A DNA stretch of 57,666 nucleotides, filler included, from Diploschistes diacapsis (taxonomy: Eukaryota), in NCBI GenBank assembly GCA_023645945.1. It is 4 parts of 4 records of this genome, joined end to end, with 100 filler letters (N's around TTAATTAATTAA, not from the genome) between each part and the next. Parts side by side here need not be neighbours in the genome. Positions count along the whole stretch, not along the records: positions 25,898 to 57,666 come from JALAIB010000114.1; 3 more parts are not named here. The stretch is one strand, 5' to 3'. Below are positions 33,701 through 47,100 of the stretch, one piece after another. A model generated the notes under the pieces. It was not told where the DNA came from. It worked only from the letters and a program-made list of their open reading frames with translations, and made no database searches. A program made the translations under genes and the position numbers. Each line of letters opens with the position of its first letter. The stretch's first letter is position 1.

Positions 33701-36700
33701 TAGAGACCTTCGATGCGGGATTTTTAAAATATTGAGCTTCGTCTGCGATCACGATATTGGGGTGCTCAAGCAATGCGCTGCGCACTGTCTTGTGTTCTTC
33801 ATCTGTCCATCGACTTTCTTCAGGAGCCGCCTTTGCGGCTTTCTTGTTTAAAACACTCGGGACAAGCAAAGAGTATGAAATGAGAAGCACGCCTCCAGTT
33901 CTCTTCCATTCCCCTATCTCGTACAGACGGTCGAATTTTGTTTTTAGATTGGTGCTGATCATTCGGATTTCGCCGATATGTTCTGTACGTGGCTGTGGAA
34001 CCCATTTCAGTAACTCATCATGCCAATTGTCAACAAGACTTGGAGGACAGACGATGAGGGTCTTGCAGTTGCGTAAGTTTTCTGGAACTTGCTCGCGGAT
34101 ACCTTCGTTTAAGCTCTTAGACGCTTCTAATATGGTGACAAGGAGCGTGATGCACTGCATCGTTTTACCGAGTCCCATAACATGAGCGAGTAGCACGCCT
34201 TCTCCGGCTCCGACTATCTCTCTCCAAAGAAAGTTGATGCCTTCGATCTGATGGGGCTTGATACGAGAGGCGATGTGTTCATTAACCTCCACAAAATCTT
34301 GGTCCTCAGTCTTTCCTTGGTTTATGTAGACTTTAGCATCCTGGTTTGATCCCCTAATCAGATTCTTGTGGAGAAGCCTTGCTCTTTTGTCAGATTGTCG
34401 CTTACGCTCAGCAGCGGACGCCCGGACGTCAACCATCTCTTGACTCTCAGTCAAGACTTTCTTCGGTCTGCCGGCGTTCTTCTTCATGACCTTTGATGAG
34501 CGGGGTACCACTACTGACACTCCTTGACCTTCTCCAGCCTTCCTCTTGAAAGAGAATTTTGGCGGTGGGCGGCTTTTCGGCTCGATGGCTTTGTCTTTGA
34601 GGAGTAGAATGACTTCCTCTAGATCTGTCCAGAACTCATGAAAACTCTGTTCTCCGGAGTTGATGGTTTTCATCAGCTTTGACCTATGAATGCCTTTGTT
34701 TTTAGGAGCGAACAAGCAGAACCAGGCTACAAACCAAGTAGCAAGCTGCAGCATACCCTCAGATTCTTGGCTCCAAAATTCTCCCTTCTGAAGGTTTTCC
34801 ATGGCAGACCAAACCGGATGCATCATCTCCGCACTTTGTTTTCCTACCATGACAGCTTCGACTAGTCGCCACCGGTGTGGTGCTGTCGAGACAAGACAGC
34901 CTAGAAGATGAGAACGTAGCCCATTGGCACAGATGAAGCGATACCATTCGCGACTCAAGACCTTCAACTTGGGGAAGTCATGAGGACCAGGGAGTGTGCT
35001 CATTGAGGGCTCGGGACTTCCTGATTCAATAGGTTCGAGGTCAGTAGACCAGAATTTAACTCCTTGAGGAAGGCCAATATCACTCTTCTCGTCAATCACC
35101 CCTGATTCGTCGTCTCTGTTCTCTTCATTGCTAACGGAAAGGTCACGCTGTCTTGTTAGGCTATCAACCAGATTCGCTCCACTGGTATCAGCGTGGTCTG
35201 GCAGGTCGGGGTTGGGAAGAACATCTGACTCGGAACTGGGCTCGTCAGTTTCTAGGCCTTCTGAAGTTACCCTCGATGAGAGAGAAGATGACTCCTGTGG
35301 GGGGTGCAAGTTGTGCAGAGCTGCAATCAGAGAATCGGAAGAATCTTTATCAGCGTCAATACCAGCTAGGTCAGATTCTGGCGTTGGGGTCTTTGTAAGG
35401 CTGGGTTTATCCTCGGTGTCAGCTTCAGTGTTCTGAGCCGTTGAACGCTCCTTCGCAGGAAATTGCGAGAATTCGTCAACATCCATATAATTGGATTGCA
35501 TGTCAGCATTGTCTCCCTCCCCTTCTTCAGGTGTGAAGGAGGACCCCTCGAGAAGCTCATCTTTCTGTTCACCTGCACTAACAGCAAGATCGGGAACAAC
35601 TTTGGGCGTCGCAAGTTCTGCGTCTAGGCATTGCGTAGTAGCATCCTCCACCATGGATAGCTCATGATCTAGTAGATCACTAACTTCAGGAACATCTCCA
35701 ATGTTAGGAGAAAAGGCCGCTTGAACACCATCGTCATCGTCATCAATGAAGTCGTCAATGCCTTCGATAAAGTTATAATCCTCCTCTGAAGTCAGCTCTT
35801 CTTCATTGCTAGCCAAGTCTGTTGGTATATCTTGGACTCTTGGAATATCTCGCTCTCTAGATCTGCGAGGACGGGGAGGCGGGGTGCTTTGTGCCAGTAC
35901 TCGAAGTTTCCACTCGGTTGCTGCTTTGTCTTTTATCGTGATATGCAGCGTACCGCATAGTTTACGAAGCTCATCCGCCTTCTCGAGCCTATTCTCGAGC
36001 AGATCGCTGATCAATCGATCTAATCTATCCTCTAGTCTTTCGATGTGACTTTTGCACATACGAATATCCTCTCGTCGGGTGAATTTTGCCCTGTGCCAAG
36101 TACTCCAGGCTTTCATTTCTAGCCGAGGGAGCTTATTTGTCTCCCATGATTGTAAACACCGAGAACACTCTTCTGCAATGATTGCTCTTGCCTCAGCCTC
36201 GGTAAGTCGCGGCGCCGAATGCTTCGATGTCACGGGTGTCTCTTCTTCCGATTCATCACTGTCACTATAAACCTTGCCTTCCGAGCCCGATTCTCCGTAA
36301 CCGGGAAGTACTTCTCCGTCCCCACCAGCATCTTTCCATCTTGCCTCGAGTAGGTCCCAGGTGTCTTCCGCCTCTGCTGCATCAGAATCAAGTTCTTCCC
36401 AATCAGCAGTCCGAACCCGCTTCGCTGAGCCTTGAGAGAAAATAGTAAGCGACGGAGATTGTGAATTTCCAGCATATTTGAGCAATCGCGGGGGATATGG
36501 TGCGGTACCGAAACTGTAACCCCTGCCGTTCAATCTGGATATTTCTGTTGCCCTGCGATCGGTTTGCATAAAGCGTTTTGGCGCCAAGGAGTTACTGGTG
36601 CGAAGGAAGTACTTCATACGACCATTAACGTAAAGGCTTTGTCCGGGTCTCTGCGTGGCTGAAGCTTTGTTAAGTCTAAAAACGGTTTCTGTGCTCGCCT

Positions 36701-37649
36701 CAATTTCCAACTTTTCTGGTGAGAGGCCTTCGGACCACTCTCCGTCTTTCAAGGCTCTCACCTCAAATGGGTGTAAATCGAGGTCCTTATACTGAACCTC
36801 CTCCCCAAGCTGGATTCCTGCATAGAAGAGTCGATTGACGGGCGTGCTACAAAAGCCAATATATCCAGGTGCGTCCGTACCCAAGACAGAGATTGTTTCA
36901 CTTTGTCTGTCCTTTTTACTTGATCTTTGCCAACTGCTCTCAACAGATGCCTGCTTCTCCTTCAGGGCTTTGGCGGTGATCATTTTTGTGGCGTCGTTAG
37001 TTGATATTGATCGAACAAATTCCGGCGCAATCTTTCGCTTCTTGAGGGCTGGTTCTTCCACAACACCCGGGAAGTTATATTGCATATCTTCATTGGAGAT
37101 TCCGGGATTTTGTTGTAAAATTCTCATTGGGATGGATGTAGGAATAGAAGGCAGAAGCTGAGAATCTGTGGGGACCGACAACAAACCAGCGGGGCTTCTA
37201 GAGCTGAAGCTTGACATCGTCCTTGCCTTATTGTTAGTTGATAGGTTTGAAGCATGTCACGTGAAAGCATACCTCTGTTCGTAAACACTGCCATTGCCCA
37301 TTCCAGGTGTCGGGGTGTAGCGGTCGGGCCTCACTCGTCGCTCCTCGATACCTTCAAGAGATTGCAACCACTTTTCTGAAACGGTTTTGAGCGTTTGCAC
37401 TTGATTTCTAAAGGCTTTGCGAAGACCAAATGATTTGAAACTAAAAACCTCCTGCAGGGCCCCATCATCGTCAAGCCCGGAGAGGAGGATCTCGCCGCTA
37501 ATGTCATTTTCCCGCAGACATATTTCGAGCTTGGCCAGGTCGTAATTCATCCGCTTTTTTGCCAGCAGCCCTTCTGGATTGCAAAAGGCCTGGATGACAT
37601 CGTCTATACTCCAATCAAAAGGATCGGAAGGACGCAATAAAGCGTCCAT
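30737..37649 (-). CDS. SNF2-family helicase/ATPase (ATRX/RAD54L2-like)
   Basis: KPHQIEG, LLAHVMGLGKT, IADEAQ, RIALTGSPLSNNL, STRAGGAGLNL, QQAIGRAYRIGQ. Introns about 37229-37272 and 32720-32762. SAM-like N-terminus DPFDWSIDDVI. Confidence 0.9.
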
Positions 37650-38547
37650 TGGAAAGACTCGTATTGTTATTCTCCTAGTTTTCGATGCACTGAGTTATTG
37701 AAGAGCTCGCGTTACGATAAGTAAGGGGCTGTTGAATGGACAGCGGAGGTCAATCCGTGGTTGTTGATAATATTCGTGGCATAGCTATGCACAGGAGCCG
37801 CAATGCTTTACTGAGTAGGTAGGTAATGCTTGTCCCTTCAAAAGTGTCAGTGGGTTCGTTATGAGGGGAGCTGACAGGTGAGGTACAAGGGTAATGCCGC
37901 CGGCGCTTGGTGAAAGATTTGGTGTCATGAACGCGCAGACGACGGCCAGGAGTAGATTTAGACGGTTTGTGTTATAACTCTAAGAGCAAAAACATGATGG
38001 GCGACAGTGCGGTTGAATCAGTTATGGTAATGAGGCATAATCTAGCTCACTTCACTTAGGCGTTTACTGGTTAAGGCTTCAAAATTGCGGCCGCGAATCC
38101 ACGAAGCAGCACGTTGATCGTATTCTGCCGAAGGCGGTGACAAACCCGGATACAGATAACGTTTCCGGCGATAATCAGTATCATGACAGATCCAGGGCTA
38201 CATCAGATTCAGCTGGTATTAATAGAGTGTTACTTAGTACACAGAACTTTACGTGAGTCAGTTTTTGACCTTCAAAGTTCTGTCTTGAGGCCTTGGAGGC
38301 GGTGTTTCCCGGTGTGGTGATATCGGGTAAAACGGCGGCGGAAAGCGGATCTTAGCTCGTAAACCAAATCTGGACCCATAATTCAGATCCAGATACAAAT
38401 CCAGCACATGAATCCCAGATCCGGATCTGTCATACCACTGGGGATAAACGCACGATGGATATTCATCCACCAGTGCTGCACACCATCGCCTTAACTGAGC
38501 CTTAGGAATTCACCAAGATAAAATCTTCTGATCGACGGGACCGAACT

Positions 38548-40288
38548 ATGGCCTCTCTTTATCCGTCTTACCCTCCAAGCCTCAGTCAGTGCCAGCTTGA
38601 CGGCCTTTGCGACGAGATCAAAGACTGGAGCATCGCCCATGGGTTGGCTGTCAGGCCGTCGTTGGCTATAGTGCAAAAGAACCAAGATACCTCTGGCGTT
38701 TTAGTTGTTCCTGCTCCAGTGACGCTTTTTCCTTCGTACTTTCCTAGGAGGTGTTTTGAGCAAGCACTCGAGGTCCAGCAAGCGTACAATGAGCTCTATG
38801 CTCGGATATCACAAGACGAGGATTGGCTCGGCCAAGTTATACAGGAGTGAGATACTATTCCTTGTCTTTCTTCATACTTTCGCTGTATCTCTACTGGAAC
38901 TCTTGTGCTGCAAAGCTTTTGTGGCTAAAAGGAGCTTGGGACAGACTTATTGAGGTGGACGATTTCATTGCCGCGCTTTGGGGTGTCCATAAGAAGGTTC
39001 GACGGGAGGGCTACGCACAGGTATATGGGAAGTTGCTGCGTTCTCGATCGCGCTTAAAGCCTAGTTAGGACTTGAGTCTTGGTTTATTCAGATCTGATTA
39101 CCTGGTGCATGTTGACCCAAATGAGGGTTCGGCCATACCTCAAATCCGCCAAGTCGAATTCAATACGATATCGTCCTCATTTGGTGGTCTTGCGACTCAA
39201 GTTTCAAAGCTACATAGGTTCCATTGCATAACACTAGCCATAGTCTTCCTGCTAACCAATCAAGGTATCTGTTGAATACAACGAACTACCCTTCTACAGA
39301 TTACCTCGAGCAGAATTCGTTACCGGCGAACAAAGCAACGCAGGATCTGGCAGAAGGGATCGCCAAGGCCTTCCATCACTATGGGCAGTCAAAGACAGAT
39401 CCGCCTTTACCTCGCTGCGTTCTGTTTGTTGTGCAGTCTACGGAGAGAAATATCTTTGATCAGCGACATCTCCAATATGCGCTCGAGTCCAAATCAATCC
39501 CTGTTTTCCGACTGCCCTTCTCTGCTACATTTCAGCATACAGATGTATGTGACCTGAGTTCCGATGCGCCATCACGCCCTCTTATATATAAACCTCCGCA
39601 TACGCCATATTCCAAATATGAAGTGTCCGTTCTTTATTTCCGTGCCACTTACACTCCTTCTGATTTCCCTGATGAATCTGCTTGGATGGCCCGCTATCAC
39701 CTAGAACGAAGTTCTGCCATCAAATGTCCTTCGATCCTTGCTCACCTTGCTGGTACAAAAAAGGTCCAGCAAGTGCTTGCTACCCCAGGGTCGCAACACG
39801 TTGGTCGCTTCGTCGAAAATAAAGCTGAAGCGACACGTGTGGAGAAGACATTTGCCGCAATCTACCCTATGGACGACTCGAAAGCGGGAGCGACAGCTAA
39901 ATCCCTCGCTATGGACCCCGAAAGGAGTAAAGGTTACGTGTTGAAGCCGCAGCGAGAAGGTGGTGGAAATAACATCTACCGAACCGCCATACCGGACTTC
40001 TTGCAGGCACTTGGCAACGAAGCGAGCTGGCGAGGGCATATTCTTATGGAGTTGATTGAGCCGCCGTCGCAGAACAATGTCATAATCCGAGATGGAGTGC
40101 CGAAAAGCGGCGAAGTAATAGCGGAGCTTGGTGTTTTTGGGGCGTGCTTGTGGAGAGGAAAGGAGCCTGGATTACTGTACAACGCAGAGGCAGGGTATCT
40201 CCTACGAACTAAGGGAAGAGACAGCGAGGAAGGAGGAGTAGCGGCTGGTTTCGGATCTATCGACAGCGCCTGCCTCGTAGACATTTGA
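38548..40288 (+). CDS. GSH2: Glutathione synthetase
   Basis: DWSIAHGL, APVTLFPS, LGLFRSDY, QVEFNTISSSFGGL, ERNIFDQ, KCPS…LAGTKKVQQ, VLKPQREGGGNN, ELGVFG, GYLLRTK…EGGVAAGF. Three introns. Confidence 0.95.
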
Positions 40289-41592
40289 GCGACGCTGTAC
40301 AGCATAAGCATCATTGATCATGGCATAAGAGCATGGCATTCATCCAGAGCATTGTGCTGCCTGCTAATTGCACCTCCTTTGCGACGATTACGGACACGGA
40401 TGTTCCTCCGGGGTGAAGATCCCTGGTGAAGATCCCTGATGAAGATCGCTGGTCCACGATCGTCCGTTAGTCCTCCCCTTATTATTTATGCCATGCTTTG
40501 CCTCGTGCACGCCCTGGGCCGCTGGATTTTGGACCATCCTCAACTTCCAACGTTTATGTTTTATTTTTGAACGTACTTCGTACGCGTAATCCATCCATAG
40601 GTACATAGTATGCTAATCCACAGTTATCGCTAACATCTCCGCAAGCGAAAAAAAAAGGTGCTGATGTTGTTTCCGTATTCGATTGGGTTAGATACTCCCT
40701 TGTCTTTTGATAACTTGAAATTGCCTGCACTGCGCCACCTTACACGTTACGCCAGAATGCCGGAAGAACTTCACTTCAGGCTCCCCAATGCTTCGAGTTT
40801 CACTCTAGATATCCTCCTAATCTAGGCGCATATAGGATGAGCGCTTTTGCAAAAGCAGCGCAGAGTCGTATCGTATGAGGCATGTTTGTCCGGCACATCG
40901 CCTTCCTCCTTTTTTTTCCACCGCCTCTCATCCTTTCCCGTCTCCCCCGTCCTCTGCCCAAGCCCCACCAAAGCCAACTAAGATGATCGATATAGCCCAG
41001 ACACGATCGCGGCTGGACATTCTCTGGGGATGGCGAGCCCGAAACGTTTGGAAGGGAGCCGCATCGAGCGGGAGTGGTCCGCTTAGATGATCTGCAACAA
41101 GGTTCGCCAGCAAAGCCCCGGAATAGCACGAGCCAGTAACTAGTTTTCTGCTCTCGATAGCGTGCTGGATGCATCCCCGAACCCAGCTTCTATCAAGCTA
41201 TCCCAATCCGTTGGCTCTTCTTAAAGTCTTCCACCACGGGCTTGTTTCATGATATAGCTCAGGATACGTCGACCAGCGAGGGGATGTTGGGTTGCTGCTT
41301 CTGACATGGACCATATTGGACACGCTGGCTGTTAGTACACAGTTATTATATATTTGGACCGGGAACCTGTTACGTATTTGGATCATGAATCTCTTACGTA
41401 CGTTATTAGGTCCTAACCCAATGGGAGAATCTATAAAGTTCTGAAGGTTCCCCCACACAGAGACCATGCAAATCTGAATCCTATACGTTCAGCCAATCCG
41501 CAGACAGTATTTTCCGCACAGGCCGATGTGGTTCGAGTCCTGACCAGGTGCTCACGCGACCCAAAGTCTCCTAATCTCTTTAGAAATCCACG

Positions 41593-42774
41593 ATGAGAAA
41601 CCAACTCCTTTGTACCTACCTCTTTATCGTTTCTGGTATCGCTGGCCGATACTTTCCCCGTTCCTATGCTCTTAATGTTGAACACTTGACCGTCCGAGAC
41701 CGATCTTGGGACATCGATCAACATGACGCCCTTCTCGCTCGTTCGGGTTCGGAAATGGAAAAACGGACAAATCCTCCCAAACCCCCGCCAATGGAAATGC
41801 AACCCCTCCGCAAGGATAGTACTGGGAAGGATAGTCTCCAAGGAAGCTCTGGGAGTGCTAGCCTGGACAGGGATAGCACTGGACCCTCACTTTCTCACGT
41901 CGACTCTTCTAGCTCTATAAGCTCTATGACGGGTTTACTTGATGCCTCAAAGGGTTCAAAGGGTTCGAAGGGTTCGAAGGGTTCGAAGGGGAAAGAGAGG
42001 TGGAAAGGGAAACTTAAATCTCCGCCAATGGAGTCTCATATCGAAATGAGCGACATGGGGACATCCAGCCATCTCGGCACACCGCGTCATGAGCAACAAC
42101 ATTCACCTCATCGTCAGTCACAACCTGAGCAACATCGACCAGAGCCGCAACCTGAGCAACATCGACCACAGCCACCCAAAAAAAGCTTGCTCGGTGTCAC
42201 GAAGAAAGTTGCGGTAAAAACGGGGCAAGCTATAAAACTGGGAGCTCAAGGGGCCTGGGCGAATCCCCACACCATCACCGACGCGGGGTTCATAGCAGGC
42301 GCTGTTACGGGACTCACGGGTCTCGCCACGGGATTTCACCCCGCACTCATTGCGGGCTCAAGCTCCGCCCTTACCTCCCAATCAGTATCCATGGGAATAA
42401 ACATGAAAAACGGAATTAAGAAGGTGAACGAGAGGAAAAGAAAGGAGCAGGAAGATAGGAACAGAGCAGCAGGGGTGGAATTAGGGAGAATTAGTCCAGG
42501 GAGGGGGGGAAGTCCAAGTCCAAGTCCAAGTCCAAGTCCAAGGGGGGGAAGTCCAAGTCCAAGTAGGGGAAGTCCAAGTCCAGGAAGGGGAAGTCCAAGT
42601 CCGCCCAGGAGACGAAGAAGAGACCTCGACGGTCACCTTTTCGACAGGAGAAGCCTGAGGCACGAGGATGGCATGGACCCGTTGCTCGTGGCGCACGCTT
42701 TGGGCGTAGACCAGAGCCTGCGGCGGAGAATAGCCGTGGAAGCATACTGGCGTGCAAGGGATGGGAGACAGTAA
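41593..42774 (+). CDS. Orphan, probably secreted protein with internal repeats and dibasic sites
   Basis: Intronless 393-aa ORF with an N-terminal hydrophobic signal-like segment, KR/RR sites, GSK, QPEQHRP and SP repeats, and a Gly/Ala-rich hydrophobic core. Confidence 0.7.
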   Translation: MRNQLLCTYLFIVSGIAGRYFPRSYALNVEHLTVRDRSWDIDQHDALLARSGSEMEKRTNPPKPPPMEMQPLRKDSTGKDSLQGSSGSASLDRDSTGPSLSHVDSSSSISSMTGLLDASKGSKGSKGSKGSKGKERWKGKLKSPPMESHIEMSDMGTSSHLGTPRHEQQHSPHRQSQPEQHRPEPQPEQHRPQPPKKSLLGVTKKVAVKTGQAIKLGAQGAWANPHTITDAGFIAGAVTGLTGLATGFHPALIAGSSSALTSQSVSMGINMKNGIKKVNERKRKEQEDRNRAAGVELGRISPGRGGSPSPSPSPSPRGGSPSPSRGSPSPGRGSPSPPRRRRRDLDGHLFDRRSLRHEDGMDPLLVAHALGVDQSLRRRIAVEAYWRARDGRQ

Positions 42775-43315
42775 GGTTCGTCCACAGGGAAGAAGCGGTT
42801 TTCCACTTTAGTCCCTTTCCGTTTCTTCAAGTAGATGGATGCTTTAATACACTCCATTATCCGATGAGACCTTCGATGGGCTTGCGTTGTTGCGCTTCGG
42901 TCGCGAAATTCAATTCAATTTCCTTTGAGAGCTGGATCTGAACGCAGTATACCCCGTAACATGGCGAGCGCCAATGAGAGTCTTTTAACCGTACCGAGGT
43001 TCAACAGCCGAATCAGCCAGGAAAAGTAGAAGATGAGATTATTACTCCCAGCTTGAGCTTGTTGTCCTTTCCCAAACAAGCCTAAGGTCCCGCCAGAGCC
43101 AGAGACATCAACGGTGAATAAGGGGTTGGGATGAATTCTCTAGGTATCCACTTCAAGCTCTCGCTCACTGAATCTTGGGATATAGACAGATGAGGTAAAG
43201 ACATGCGCTATGACATATAAAAAGTAAGCACTAAGACAGGATTCTGTACCGGAAGAACAGCTTCCGAGATTAGAAAGCGAGATAGCAGAGGGGGAATTGC
43301 AGCTCACTATGTACG

Positions 43316-43358
43316 CCTATTCCTATTCCTATTCCTATCCCTATTCCTATCCCTATTC
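43316..43358. repeat. (CCTATT/CCTATC)n hexanucleotide repeat
   Basis: About 7 tandem copies. Confidence 0.85.
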
Positions 43359-44105
43359 GCATTGGGCATCGGAGCATTGGGCGGAGTAACCGGGTGAGAA
43401 AAGAGATGTCTTATTGGCCTAATGCGCCAAGCACCTCTGACGTGACTTGTGTGATGTAGGTTGTATCATTATTGCATCGCCCGCGCATGCATACTTGTTG
43501 TTGTTACTCGGTCAAGTCACTCGTTGAGATTTTACCGGCCTCAACAACGGAGACCAGCGCAGCAGCGAAATGGACAGGCAGGAGGTCGTTGGCCACTTTG
43601 CTCCGTCAGCCACTACACCAAACAACGTTACAAACGTTACAACGTACATGTATTGTATTTCGCTGGCAGCACGGGCCAAGGACTCACATTAATTTCCTGC
43701 GCACTCCTCAAAAAGGTCTAAGGCTTACACCATTCTTTCCAAAGCGGTAATCTGAACCAATACTAATTAATACACGTCCATTGGCCAGCAATCATTCAAC
43801 ATGGGACATGGCCCATGGCGAGAGAGGAGGCCTGCCGTCTGTCTGTCTGTCTGTCTGTGCGAAGCGAGGAGGCATTTCATCACTACCAAGTGTTGATCCA
43901 TGTGGAGCTATCTCCGCCGAAATAAAAAAAAAGCAGGGTCAGGTCCAAGTCCTGCACCAAGTCGATTGATATCCCAATATGCCTGCTCTCCTCCTCTCTC
44001 CTCTCTCCTCTCTGCTTCCCTACCTACGTTTCTGACTTTCTTATTTCTGTTTGCTTGGTGCTTTGTTCTTTCCAGGTCATTAATGCTTCAACATGCGCGC
44101 TGAAT

Positions 44106-47100
44106 ATGCGTTTGTCACGGCCACTTATGCGGGCCTTCCTATTCTTCTACCTTAAATATACTATAACCTTGGCAAGCGGCAACCAGCTTCCCCCAGATGG
44201 GGGGTCAATTACGCTGTCTGCTGCTTCGGTCTCAAGTTCGTCGTCAGCATCTTCTATCGGCAGTGCATCGCCCTCGTCTCGTCACTCGATCGAGTTCGCC
44301 GAATCCAGCTTGTCGACAGCATCAGCTTCGTTGTTTGCAGCGACCACTGCTTCAGTCTCTGCCCGAGTGACCGCAGTCACCACGTCGGCTTCCGCAGTGA
44401 ATACAAACACTACAGAAGCAATGGGCAGCAATGATGGATCGCTCCCATTACCTCCCGAGATCACCCCGGGCTTGTCTCTGGCCGGAGCTTTTCTTATACT
44501 CTCGGGAGTCACCTACAACCTAATTGGTGTTAAAAATCAGGCCACCCAGATCTTCATTTCGACCGCCTACCTGATCGCACTCGCCATCACTGTCCTCCTC
44601 GTCTACGTCGTCAATCCTCCTATCAGCGATGCAGTCCAGGCTGCATACTTCGTCGCGGCATTCCTGCCCGCTGTAGGCCTCGGAGGCGTTTCACTTGTCT
44701 TCAAAGACATTACGGAGGGTCTGGGCTGTGCATCCGGTGGCTTTGCACTAAGCATGTGGTTTTTGGTGCTGAAGCCTGGTGGAACCTTGACCAACACAGT
44801 ATCAAAAGCCATCTTCATCAGCTGCTTTACAGCAGGGACCTATATGCTGTACTTCAGCCACCACATTCGCTCCTACGTGATAATTGGGGCTACTTCCTTT
44901 TCAGGTGCCACGGCTATAATTCTTGGCATCGACTGCTTCGCCCTTGCCGGGCTGAAAGAATTCTGGGTCTACATCTGGGGCCTCAATGCAAAACTCTTTC
45001 CTGAGCAGCAGGATACCTACCCAATCACCCGGGGCATGACTGTTGAGATTGCTGGTATCGTGGTCCTCACATTCTTTGGAATTTTGTCTCAGCTCAGAAT
45101 CTGGAAAATAGTCCAGGCTCGCAGGGAGAAGGAAGAGATGGATAGATCTGACAATGAACGCCAAAGAGACGAGGAGGAGGCCGAGCTAGGAAGGCGTCTG
45201 CAGGCTGGTCAAGAGCGGGAAAGAAGGGAATGGGAACGGATCTACGGAGATAAAAAGAAAAGTTCTGTTTTCAGCACAGAGGTTGCAAATGATGAGAAGC
45301 GTTCGACGAGCATCGGCGCGAGAGGAGTTGGAGAGCAGATCGAAATGGCTCGAGCGTCACCAATCCCCAGCGCAGCGTCAACCAGTCGACGTGCGAGCGC
45401 AAGTGGGACGAGCGTGCGACAAATCATTGTTCCCGTAGCCGTCGATGACGACATCACTCCTGTAGTATCAGACGAAAGTCGAAATCAGTCACCGTTCTGG
45501 ACGATACCTTCAACCTTGACGGCAAGTCCAAACTCTAGCGTCGACGAACTTGCTACGAACAAGGCGAAGGAGACCAAAACTAGAGGGCCAGAGCTGGTTC
45601 CTCTTCCTTTTACAATCACAGCAACGGGCACGGAGCGTAGATCAGAAGATTCATGCTCTGGATTGTCTCTAGCAAACACCAAGCACAGTTCAGAGGGAAG
45701 CCCTGGGAAGCAGCACATGCCTCCACTTTCAAGGAAGGTGTTCAATCACGTGAAGAACCCGTCTGAAACCACATTAACTTCGCTGGAAGCCCAAGTAGGC
45801 GAATCTGTAAGCAGTGCGCAGAGAAGCGCATTTCTTACCCACTCTGCTGTTGAACGGGAGACTACCGAAAATACATATCTTAAGGACGCTGGGGCCAACC
45901 CTCTTACAACACGCATGAACACTGAGGTTGATGGCGATCCGACAACACTCTCGCAAACTTCTGCAGCTGCAGCGGTTGGCGGGAACACAGTAGGAGATAG
46001 TCAATCCTGGCCATTGCGTTCCGAGAAAAAAAGCGTGGAGGAAACCAAGGTTCCGGACCGAATGTCAAGCGAACCTAGTGCCGTTCCCATTGATGCGCAG
46101 ATGGAAGAGCACAAGTTACCTACCCCACCACATCATTCCAGTGAGCCTTCCTCGCCACGATCAACAGCATCTAGAGGTTGTATGGACAAGCATGAGGCGC
46201 CCGGCAACGGAATCGAAGGTCATTTGCAGCATGCTTTGAGCGAAGACACAATGTCAAAGGTGGTGCTCCAATTCCGCACGAACGAATGGGCCAAGCACCT
46301 AGAGGCGGCCGAGAGGCCAGGTCCAGATGTGTTCGCCTCCTCGGAATCCCCAACGGAGGAGCCTATCAGTGTGGTGAATGAAGAAGAGCTGCTAAAGACC
46401 CCCCTTACAGCACAACCAGCCACAGCACCATTAGCTCCACGCCAACGTACTGCACCAGCCAACCCTAAAAACAGTCAGTCGTCCCCTGATTTGGAAGAAA
46501 GGCGTGCGTACGCGAGGATTCCAAGCCCAGGTGTTCAAGATACCTTGGCTGCACAGAGGCCCGATGTTCCGAGAAACGATAGCTCCTCGAGCCGTCAAGC
46601 CTTGAAGCGTTCATCAATGAACAGCGAATCCAAACGGCAATCTCTGCGTTCGCCATTTCCGCCGTTCCAGCCCAGCAGGAACTCTTTGGTCACTTCGCCT
46701 ATTGCAGAAGATGCGGTCGCTTCATTCCCGCTGAAGAAGTGCTTCGAGCCAACGATTTCGTCTGGTCCACATGGCACAAGCATGCCATCACGTAGGTCGG
46801 TGACCGATCCCTCACCGAGTTTTACTCAACATATGCTGCAAAATCAAACGAGCCCTCAGCCCACAAGCCCGAATGCCGGAACAACTGCTGCACTTCCGAA
46901 CGAGAACCTACCTCTCTCCCAACGCAAGTTCTACCTCCGCCAGAGCACGAGCGGGAACCTGTCGTCCAGGACCCCTGCACACCCGTCGGTATCGGAAAAG
47001 ACTTCTTACCAGCAAATCTACCCGCCATCTCAATCCCAACCACAACAAACAATCCCTGAACACACCCTGCGCAGAGCATCTATGCTAGCCGACTGGCGAC

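Noticed and set aside
40414..40452. Three copies of TGAAGATC(C/G)CTG(G/A) downstream of GSH2
   Set aside because: A short local tandem duplication with no further structure.
42505..42605. GGAAGTCCAAG core shared with the 51.0-51.5 kb repeat array
   Set aside because: Both encode Gly-Ser-Pro-Ser, so a short match is explained by convergent low-complexity coding. The unit lengths differ.
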